Virus record (IMG/VR): IMGVR_UViG_3300032607_001790
Strand: one strand, 5' to 3'
DNA from: an uncultured virus (IMG/VR IMGVR_UViG_3300032607_001790)
Taxonomy: Duplodnaviria > Heunggongvirae > Uroviricota > Caudoviricetes
DNA: 64,000 bases
Below are positions 56,982 to 64,000 of this stretch, piece by piece. Positions within the stretch are counted from its first letter, which is position 1. Each line of letters opens with the position of its first letter. The translations under genes were made by a program, and so were the position numbers. The notes beneath the pieces were generated by a model, which was not told the origin of the DNA, made no database searches, and was given only the letters and a program-made list of their open reading frames with translations.

Positions 56982-58952
56982 TTAAAAGAACTCTTCCACT
57001 ACTTCTGTCACTTCCTTCTCTTCTATATCAGGGCCAGCCCATTCTGCTGCTTCATAATCCCACGAATGGTAAAGCCTAGTTTTTTCTCCATTGGGACCAG
57101 TTTGAAAGCTACTGGTAACTAAGCCTTGACGGCGAGCCACTTCCAGCATCTTGCCTGCAGTAGATAGCTCCACGCCTGCCAGCATTGACACCTCAAGCCT
57201 GGTAAAGCGCTGGTTCTTACGACGCTTCACAGCACCAACACATTGCTCCAGCTCGTTCAAAGAGCCGCTTAATGGCCCTGCATAATGCCAGCCATAGTTC
57301 AATGAATCGCGTTGCAGCATATGCTTTCCAGTGAGGCCGCTTCTGCTTTTCGTCCATTCAAAATGGAACTGGTTTGGATCACCACAATTATCAGGACGAG
57401 TAAGCTTCACCACTTCGCTCACATTATCAACAAAGCTGCTTGAATCCCTGGTGCCACCGCTTTTGTTTAAATGGTGTAAAATGCAAATGCTAACTTTATA
57501 TTTATTTGCAATATCACGAAGGCCATAAATTACATCGCCCGCATTGCTACGAACTAAATCAACTTCCATGCCTGCAAGGCAAGCCGTTAATGAATCAATG
57601 GCAACAAATAAAGGGCGATTTTTCCTTACGTATTCTTCTAATTGATTTATGTGGCCAAAACGCCAATTCTCCCAAAAGGCAATAGTGCCTTCTTCTAATC
57701 CTGCTTCCCTATAACCAATAACGTTTAGCTTTTCGCTGGTATCAACTAATGGCTCATCCGATTGAATGATCAAGCTTTTTCCTTTCATGCATCGTCTGCC
57801 GCTCCATTCTTGCCCTAATGCAACATTTAATGCCCAGTTATAAATTAAAGTTGACTTACCCGTGCCGCCTGATGCAGCAAGCAACATTACGCTTCCTAAT
57901 GGCATGATACCTGCAATCAACCATTCCCTGCATTCTTCAGAATTTGCAATGGTAAGCGCATCAATTGTTTCAATTTCTTCACGGCCATAAATGCGATATT
58001 TTGCATCTTCAATAATTTTATCAATATTCTGTTGACTCATCTTTATGCCACGTTGCTCTAACCATGATGTAAATTCATAAACAGTGCGGGCATCATTGGC
58101 GTAAAGCCCAACAAAATTTTCAATGGTGGCAATAATTTCTTCATAAGATGGCTTACCGTCTTGCCCTTTATGACGGCTAGTTGTAATTGAAGCTAATAAA
58201 TCATCCTTATCAACACCTTCTGCAATGTAATCAGCTAGGTCTAATCCGTTGCCACTAGGAAGATTCCGCCATTCCCATGATTTAGGATCTGCATATAACC
58301 ATTGAGCACCAGGATTATCAGTTTCAATTTCACGCATAAATGCCACACCTTGCTCATCACGATCAGGCGCAAGCACTAACTTATGCTGCTTAAATAATTG
58401 TGAATAATCACCATTAGTACGGTATTGTTTGCTGCCACCAAGGAAAGTAACTGATGGTAAACCAATACTCCACACTGCATCACAAGTAAGTTCACCTTCT
58501 ACGATTACTATTGGCAATCCACTTTCTTTGCTAAATTTAATCGCTTCATTGTATTTATAAGGCAGTATCCCGGCTTTTATTTCTTGTAATTGCACCTTAT
58601 GGCTGGGGAGGGTGTTGTCAATGGTTGGGAAATTTTGCCAAATGCGCTTAGTGCCGCTGGTGTCATCACGATGCACCACCACCACTTCAGTGCCCGTTTT
58701 ATCGAAATAAGGAAATGAATACGATTGCGCAATACGAGGAGGCTTTTCCCATCGCACCATTGGAGCAAGTTTGTCGCGGATTTCCGCTCTGTGAGCCGGG
58801 CTCGGATCGTTGAAACAGGAGTAGGCACCATTGGTTTTATTTATCGAAAAGTCGTTGCCACCACAGGCCGGGCAGATGAATTTGCTTTTATCCTCTTTAC
58901 TGCTGGTTAGCTGGTCTAAGTGATCAAGAATCGAAAACGTCATTCGGTGCAA
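56982..58952 (-). CDS. Primase-helicase (Zn finger + TOPRIM + RecA/AAA_25 helicase)
   Basis: CPACGG..CF, IVEGE..D, PDRDEQG, ASGGTGKS, IDSL and LHHLNK motifs. Confidence 0.9.
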   Translation of the reverse strand: MHRMTFSILDHLDQLTSSKEDKSKFICPACGGNDFSINKTNGAYSCFNDPSPAHRAEIRDKLAPMVRWEKPPRIAQSYSFPYFDKTGTEVVVVHRDDTSGTKRIWQNFPTIDNTLPSHKVQLQEIKAGILPYKYNEAIKFSKESGLPIVIVEGELTCDAVWSIGLPSVTFLGGSKQYRTNGDYSQLFKQHKLVLAPDRDEQGVAFMREIETDNPGAQWLYADPKSWEWRNLPSGNGLDLADYIAEGVDKDDLLASITTSRHKGQDGKPSYEEIIATIENFVGLYANDARTVYEFTSWLEQRGIKMSQQNIDKIIEDAKYRIYGREEIETIDALTIANSEECREWLIAGIMPLGSVMLLAASGGTGKSTLIYNWALNVALGQEWSGRRCMKGKSLIIQSDEPLVDTSEKLNVIGYREAGLEEGTIAFWENWRFGHINQLEEYVRKNRPLFVAIDSLTACLAGMEVDLVRSNAGDVIYGLRDIANKYKVSICILHHLNKSGGTRDSSSFVDNVSEVVKLTRPDNCGDPNQFHFEWTKSRSGLTGKHMLQRDSLNYGWHYAGPLSGSLNELEQCVGAVKRRKNQRFTRLEVSMLAGVELSTAGKMLEVARRQGLVTSSFQTGPNGEKTRLYHSWDYEAAEWAGPDIEEKEVTEVVEEFF

Positions 58953-59085
58953 GGAATTGCATCCACCATCATTACAGCAATATCACCAGCTTGCAAGGCA
59001 TTGTGGGCATAAGCAATGCTTATGAAAGAAATAGTGGCAAGGGCTTGCTGAAGCGGTATTGTGGGCATGATCTTCGCGCTAATCA

Positions 59086-59312
59086 TGCCGAAAAGCCCTT
59101 ATGACGGTGGCAAACATCGCCGCCATTTCACCTTGTCAGATCAAGCATACAATCACCTCACTGCTATTGCAAGCGATGGTGATCTATCGCGATCTGAAGC
59201 CTTAGAACGTCTCATTCGTTCCTGCCCTATTTTTGAGGGCAATGCCACGCTTTCAAATGGCGTCTGGCCGTTAATCATTGATCATTCCCTACCATCCCCC
59301 TGCCTTCCATGA
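59086..59312 (+). CDS. Ribbon-helix-helix DNA-binding protein (probable start MPKSPY)
   Basis: KHRRHFTLSDQAYNHL..IA....LSRSEALERLIR. Confidence 0.75.
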
Positions 59313-59560
59313 CAATCCACGAATTGATTACAGCTCTCACTGCCGCCACTCAAACAGTGCCTCAAGACACTGAAGTGCTACTGAGTTTTGAACCAAATGC
59401 CATGAAAGAAGGCTTTGATTGGGAACACGTTGAGACCATTTCTGACGTGAGAGTTTGCCCCCACTGGCCCCTACCTGGTAACAGCGTAGTAATTCAAGAA
59501 ACTGAAATACCATCAAAAGTTATTTTGTTTTACGACCTTTGTGATAATTGCTACGAATGA
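59309..59560 (+). CDS. Hypothetical protein
   Basis: ATGA-coupled ORF. Confidence 0.55.
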   Translation: MTIHELITALTAATQTVPQDTEVLLSFEPNAMKEGFDWEHVETISDVRVCPHWPLPGNSVVIQETEIPSKVILFYDLCDNCYE

Positions 59561-60507
59561 CTAATTCTTCTTCTTATTTTCTTTACGATTCCAAATTCAT
59601 GCAATCACCTGCTGCTGCTTCTATGTCTGATCGAATGAATGGCATCTTTTCTCCTTTAGAGATTAGCCCTGCTGCTTTTACCACTGCTTATGAGCTTGCC
59701 ATTGGCGAACACGTTGAGAAGAATTACAAAGGGCTTTCGTACCTTTCGTGGCCGTTTGCTTTTCGTTACCTCAAAGAACAGTTCCCTACGCTGTTTGTAG
59801 CATTTGAAGAAATCACAATGGGATGGCCAGTATTTGGTCAAACTGGCTGCTGGTTATTGCGTCCATATCTAACTGATGGATGCCGTCGTACTCCAGCGTT
59901 GGTATTTCCCATTATGGACAACAGACATAATGCAGTGAAAGAACTTGATGCTCGTCAAGTAAGCGACAATATCCAACGAGCAAGCGTTAAATGTATTGCA
60001 ACTTTTACTGGTTTAGGGCTCAAGCTTTATTCTGGTGAAGATATCCCCACGAGTGATGAAAAAGAACCTGCCAAACTCCCGCTGCAACAGGAAAGCACGA
60101 AGTCTGCTGCGAGGCCAGACACGACGCAAGCACCAGCTACGGAAGCTGCTGCAACACCTGGAGCAACAGGGATTCCTGCCGCCAGTGGTAGTGAATTTAA
60201 TGGCAAGGAAGCACTTCTTGGATTCTGTAAGGCCAACCCTTTCGATTATCCACAAGAACGCAACAGCATGATGGCTGGCAAAAAAGCGCTTGAAAACTTG
60301 GGACTATCAAAAGGTGATGATATTAAAGATGTAGAGATGTTTGGTAATGTTGTTACTACTATGGTTACAGAATGGATTAAAGAAAAAGAAATAAAGATAT
60401 CAAAAGCTGCAATGGTTACTGAAATCAAAGCGCTTCGTGAAGCATGTTCTGTATCAACAGAGCAAGCATTAAAGGAGGTGGAGGCGTTTGTTGCGGGAAA
60501 GCAATAA
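59548..60507 (+). CDS. Sak/Rad52-like single-strand annealing protein (DUF1071-like)
   Basis: HVEK..GLSYLSW..A...PIMDNRHNAV..IQR..VKCIA...GLGLKLYSGED. Confidence 0.85.
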   Translation: MLRMTNSSSYFLYDSKFMQSPAAASMSDRMNGIFSPLEISPAAFTTAYELAIGEHVEKNYKGLSYLSWPFAFRYLKEQFPTLFVAFEEITMGWPVFGQTGCWLLRPYLTDGCRRTPALVFPIMDNRHNAVKELDARQVSDNIQRASVKCIATFTGLGLKLYSGEDIPTSDEKEPAKLPLQQESTKSAARPDTTQAPATEAAATPGATGIPAASGSEFNGKEALLGFCKANPFDYPQERNSMMAGKKALENLGLSKGDDIKDVEMFGNVVTTMVTEWIKEKEIKISKAAMVTEIKALREACSVSTEQALKEVEAFVAGKQ

Positions 60508-60592
60508 ATCTAGTGGTGGCCCGTTTTTCGCGGGCCTTTACTGGAGCTTATGCCTTAAATGATGATGGTTCCCTTCTTTCCCTTGAAACATT

Positions 60593-60850
60593 ATGACAAG
60601 AGCTGAACTTCAACGAATGATCAAAAGGCTAAACGAAGCAAGTGTATCTTGTTTTGAATGTGGAGCTAAATACGGCATATATAGTGTTGGATGTTCATCA
60701 GTATGGCAAGGTAAATGTCATATTTGTGGCCGCACAACAGGAATTACTGAAGCAAGAGATTTTGCTTATTTTGTAACTGGTTTACGGCAATTACATTTAC
60801 AATTAGCAGCTATTCCTAAAGATAAAAAAAAGGTTCCGTTTAATGAATAA
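60593..60850 (+). CDS. Small Cys-rich (zinc-finger-like) protein
   Basis: CFECG...CHICG motif. Confidence 0.6.
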   Translation: MTRAELQRMIKRLNEASVSCFECGAKYGIYSVGCSSVWQGKCHICGRTTGITEARDFAYFVTGLRQLHLQLAAIPKDKKKVPFNE

Positions 60851-61610
60851 TATGCTTGCTCGTTATGAGCCCAACCGCATTTCTCTTAATGGCAAAAGGC
60901 ACTACCAGATCAGCCAGTTCCCGAATGTTCCAGAAGGTATGCTGCTGCCTTCTGTCACCACTGTGCTGTCTTCCATGGCACCAGTTGGCAAGATCATGGC
61001 CTTGATTAACTGGCGGAAGCGAGTGGGAAATGAAGAGGCAAATCGTCGCACCAGGCTTGCTGCTGATCGTGGCACCTGGATGCATGGTGTAATAGAAGAT
61101 TTATTCAATGGCGAAGATATTGAACATCATTTGGAACGCAAGCCAGAATGGCAGCCATATTTCAATGCCATTGAACCCTTCCTTGAATTAATTGACAAGC
61201 CATTATTAGCTGAAAGCGCAGTGGCCTGGTGGAACGAAGAAGAGAAAATGGGCTACTCTGGAACGTTGGACCAATTGGCCCTAATGGCAGACGGCTCTAT
61301 TGCATTGATGGATTGGAAAACCAGTTATAAGATTAAACCAGATTATCAACTTGCAGATTACAAAAAACAATTAGGCGCGTATAGCTTGGCTGCCGAATCA
61401 ATGTATGGCATCGATGTTGAAGCTGCATATTGCGTGATCAGCGTATACGACCCTGAAGAATCTAGTAGAGAAGCGGAACTACAAATATTGCATATGGATG
61501 GCTTTGAGCTGGTGCAGCAGCAGTCCGTTATGCAGGACACTCTTAAGAGATATTTCAACCAGTTCTACCCAGGCGGAAAAGCATTTGCATTAACCATGGA
61601 TAAGGGGTAA
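60843..61610 (+). CDS. PD-(D/E)XK exonuclease
   Basis: PSVTTVL, RGT.MH, E...YSGTLD..DWKTS..QLGAY. Confidence 0.88.
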   Translation: MNNMLARYEPNRISLNGKRHYQISQFPNVPEGMLLPSVTTVLSSMAPVGKIMALINWRKRVGNEEANRRTRLAADRGTWMHGVIEDLFNGEDIEHHLERKPEWQPYFNAIEPFLELIDKPLLAESAVAWWNEEEKMGYSGTLDQLALMADGSIALMDWKTSYKIKPDYQLADYKKQLGAYSLAAESMYGIDVEAAYCVISVYDPEESSREAELQILHMDGFELVQQQSVMQDTLKRYFNQFYPGGKAFALTMDKG

Positions 61611-61659
61611 GATAAGCGAGCCCTAAACAAGGGCTCCATTACTCCCCGGAGAAACACTC

Positions 61660-61908
61660 ATGGCTAACAGGCCCCCAATCACCGCTGCAATCGACCTAAC
61701 TCCTGAAGTGCTTAATGCATTGAAGAAAGCTGGTCCCAATGAGCGCGGTAACTATTCGCTTGATATGGCCGTATGGGTGAACGAAAAGCGCACTTCTGAC
61801 AAAGCCCCCAACTTGACGGGCAGTGTCAAAGTTAAAGGCGATAAAGATGGCCCTAAAGGCTATGCCAGTGTGTGGCAAAATGACGTTGAAACCAACGACG
61901 TTTTCTAA
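61660..61908 (+). CDS. Putative single-stranded DNA-binding protein
   Basis: NEKRTSDKAPNLTGSV..ASVW and acidic-aromatic tail NDVF, next to Sak and the exonuclease. Confidence 0.6.
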   Translation: MANRPPITAAIDLTPEVLNALKKAGPNERGNYSLDMAVWVNEKRTSDKAPNLTGSVKVKGDKDGPKGYASVWQNDVETNDVF

Positions 61909-61911
61909 ACC

Positions 61912-62091
61912 ATGAAGACTACTGCCATCGTTTTAGTTATCATTATTTTTGCTGGCTTAAGCGCGGTGGTAGCTTGTTTAGCCGCTTGGGCATTGACTGC
62001 CATCTGGCCGTCTTTGCCCTTTTGGCCTGTTGCTACTCTGGCTTGGCTTACTGCTGGTGTTTTTAGTCGTTCCTCTGCATCTTCATCATGA
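61912..62091 (+). CDS. 59-aa membrane protein not in ORF track
   Basis: MKTTAIVLVIIIFAGLSAVVACLAAWALTAIWP..., ATGA-coupled to dcd. Confidence 0.6.
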   Translation: MKTTAIVLVIIIFAGLSAVVACLAAWALTAIWPSLPFWPVATLAWLTAGVFSRSSASSS

Positions 62092-62687
62092 CCCTGCTTA
62101 ATGATAAACAAATCAGCCAATTAGCTGAAAATGACATCTTTCTGCCATTCATTGGCGAAAAACGACGCACCCTTGACAATGGCACAAAAGCAATTTCTTA
62201 CGGTTTATCACAATCAGGTTATGACATCCGATTGTCTTCTGTTGAATTTTTAGTTTATGAACCTGAATTTACAACAGAAAATTTTTTTGATGGTCCAATA
62301 GTTGATCCCAAAAACTATCAAGCTAATGTTATTGTTGCAACTTTAGAAGAGCAAGAAGATGGCTCATGTTATTTCATTCTTCCTCCTAATACTTATGCAT
62401 TAGGTACAAGTCTTGAATTAATATCAATGCCCAATAATGTATTTGCTTTATGTGAAGGAAAATCTACTTATGGTCGCTGTGGTCTTATTGCTAATATTCT
62501 TCCCATTGAACCTGGGTGGATTGGCCATTTAACAATGTGCCTAATAAATCCCACAGAAACTCCTATCCGTGTTTATGCAAATGAAGGGATTGCTCAACTT
62601 GTGCTTTTTGGCATTGATGAAACCAGCAAACCATATGAAGGCATTTACCAGAAGCAATCGTCTAGGGTACAATTCGCTGCAGTTTAA
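62088..62687 (+). CDS. dcd: dCTP deaminase
   Basis: ISYGLS..GYDIRL, GKSTYGRCG, PIEPGW.G and YANEGIAQ motifs. Confidence 0.93.
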   Translation: MTLLNDKQISQLAENDIFLPFIGEKRRTLDNGTKAISYGLSQSGYDIRLSSVEFLVYEPEFTTENFFDGPIVDPKNYQANVIVATLEEQEDGSCYFILPPNTYALGTSLELISMPNNVFALCEGKSTYGRCGLIANILPIEPGWIGHLTMCLINPTETPIRVYANEGIAQLVLFGIDETSKPYEGIYQKQSSRVQFAAV

Positions 62688-62690
62688 CCA

Positions 62691-63056
62691 TTGAGCGCTC
62701 TTGAAGATCAGTTCCTTAGCCTTTGGCAAGCACGATTTCCTAAGTTAATTCTTGAAAGAGAATTTTCTGATATTCCAGCATGGGAAGCTGATTATCAAAA
62801 GCGCTATTCCAAAAGTAAACGTTCAAAAAGGTATCGTCTTGACTTTGCTCACTCCAACAGTTGCACTGGTATCGAAATCCAAGGTGGCGTTTACATTCGT
62901 GGCCGTCATGTCACTGGCAGCGGTTATGAGCGTGATTGTTGCAAATATAATCTCGCGTACACAAGCAACTGGACGATCTTCCTCTTGACTAGCCAAATGG
63001 CCAAGGAAGCTTCATGGCTGTCATTGATTGCCGCTCACATTGCATCTGCTCGATAG
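62691..63056 (+). CDS. Vsr/PD-(D/E)XK-like endonuclease (possible resolvase)
   Basis: YRLDFA....IEIQGG....GRH....Y..D..KYN motif. Confidence 0.75.
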   Translation: MSALEDQFLSLWQARFPKLILEREFSDIPAWEADYQKRYSKSKRSKRYRLDFAHSNSCTGIEIQGGVYIRGRHVTGSGYERDCCKYNLAYTSNWTIFLLTSQMAKEASWLSLIAAHIASAR

Positions 63057-63360
63057 TATTACCAGCTTGAATCATTAATTCTTCTGCCGCTTTCAGATCT
63101 CTATCGCGACCATCTAAAGCTTGACGAAGTTCAATATTTTCTAGCATTATGCTTTGAAAAGCTGTTTGCATTGAACACCACCCCTGCAATAAATTCAAAG
63201 CTACAGGCTTGAGCTGGTTGATGTCTGAACAATCATGAATGGCGCGTTTATTTACCGTTAAAGCAAATTCACGTTCTGCAGAATGTTGGAATGGCCCCAT
63301 GTTCGCAATATATTTCCGTCCATTGTAATTCATTTCTACTGGGATACTGTATGAAGCCAT
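62989..63360 (-). CDS. Hypothetical coiled-coil protein
   Basis: ORF track. Confidence 0.5.
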   Translation of the reverse strand: MASYSIPVEMNYNGRKYIANMGPFQHSAEREFALTVNKRAIHDCSDINQLKPVALNLLQGWCSMQTAFQSIMLENIELRQALDGRDRDLKAAEELMIQAGNTIEQMQCERQSMTAMKLPWPFG

Positions 63361-63712
63361 GGCAAAACGCTTTTCTTTTGTTACTAGGCTACAACTAACC
63401 GATGGGCGTAAGCAATTTGTACGGGCCGTGGAGAATGGCGAAAAAGCCGAAATTATGCATCCGGTTTCCCGCCGTTATGCTCTCGCCAGGCTTCCTGAAG
63501 GCTATGAATGGACGATAGGAGAGCGAGTGGTGCTAATTGCTTATACGGCTGCTGGTCCAGTTCCCACTGCAATATACGGACTATTCGCAGGGTTGACGAA
63601 AGGAAGCAATGGAAGGAAAGCAGCAATTATTGAATGGGATGAAAAGCAAGGCTTGATTTCTGATATAGTTGCGATGCAACGTATCCGCCCCGTTTCTTGC
63701 ATTCCCAGATGA
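63359..63712 (+). CDS. Hypothetical protein
   Basis: ORF track. Confidence 0.45.
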   Translation: MAKRFSFVTRLQLTDGRKQFVRAVENGEKAEIMHPVSRRYALARLPEGYEWTIGERVVLIAYTAAGPVPTAIYGLFAGLTKGSNGRKAAIIEWDEKQGLISDIVAMQRIRPVSCIPR

Positions 63713-63924
63713 CCAGTTCTCAGTTAGAAACTTTTGCTGCGGCGGCTGGAGCTGCTGCTGCTCTTATTGCTATTGAGCTGGGCCTTGCGAGCTTAAGGGC
63801 TTGGCTTTTAAGTTTAGCAGTGGCATTGTTTGCGCCTGCCATTGTTCTTACTTTTTGGCAATGGCTTTTGGTCGTAGCGACCATTCGCTTCCTACTTATT
63901 GATCTTAATTCTTCTAAAAAATGA
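63709..63924 (+). CDS. Small membrane protein (probable start MTSSQ)
   Basis: Two hydrophobic stretches, ATGA-coupled. Confidence 0.5.
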   Translation: MTSSQLETFAAAAGAAAALIAIELGLASLRAWLLSLAVALFAPAIVLTFWQWLLVVATIRFLLIDLNSSKK

Positions 63925-64000
63925 CTTACGCTCCTTCGCTTTCTAGCCTCTTAGATGATGTTGCCATGTGTGCCATGGTACAGCTCATCCATTCGTATGA

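Noticed and set aside
60843..61610. Cas4 / CRISPR adaptation gene
   Set aside because: Lacks the Fe-S cysteine cluster and sits in a Sak-exonuclease-SSB recombination module.
3478..64000. Second remote VR target for the DGR
   Set aside because: No further copy of the TR ends or a second CLec-type C-terminus noticed by eye. A BLASTN of TR against the full genome would settle it.
1..64000. tRNA genes, integrase/att site, HIP1 enrichment, stop-codon reassignment
   Set aside because: No cloverleaf with T-loop consensus, no recombinase ORF and no GCGATCGC enrichment noticed. Core genes are intact in the standard code.

Overview
The window is most of a tailed phage genome (lambda-like siphovirus tail), very probably infecting picocyanobacteria. 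This host call is inferred from a compact cyanophage-type class I RNR, dcd, RlpA, DUF3293/DUF3721-like domains, SD-less starts and cyanobacterial-type regulator boxes. 52-36936 (-) is the virion operon, read as portal, MuF, a glycosyltransferase/methyltransferase block, protease, decoration protein, capsid, neck, tail tube, frameshifted chaperones, tape measure, M/L/K/I/J tail tip and six fibre/adhesin genes. It ends in a diversity-generating retroelement (DGR): target fibre with C-terminal VR (1714-1837), TR (1522-1645) and RT (359-1399). All 25 TR/VR differences fall at TR adenines and no avd gene is present. Next come terL (+), nrdAB (-), a largely non-coding zone with three abutting tandem-repeat arrays (45163-45525), and an early-type array of small genes. 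These small genes have repeated promoter cassettes carrying RpaB/HLR1-like, NtcA-like and RbcR/LysR-like boxes plus a GNRA leader hairpin. The rest holds an HNH-SF2 helicase trio, several structured ncRNA candidates and a replication/recombination block (primase-helicase, Sak, exonuclease, SSB, dcd). No integrase, tRNA or CRISPR array was seen. All family assignments come from motif recognition by eye, not database searches.
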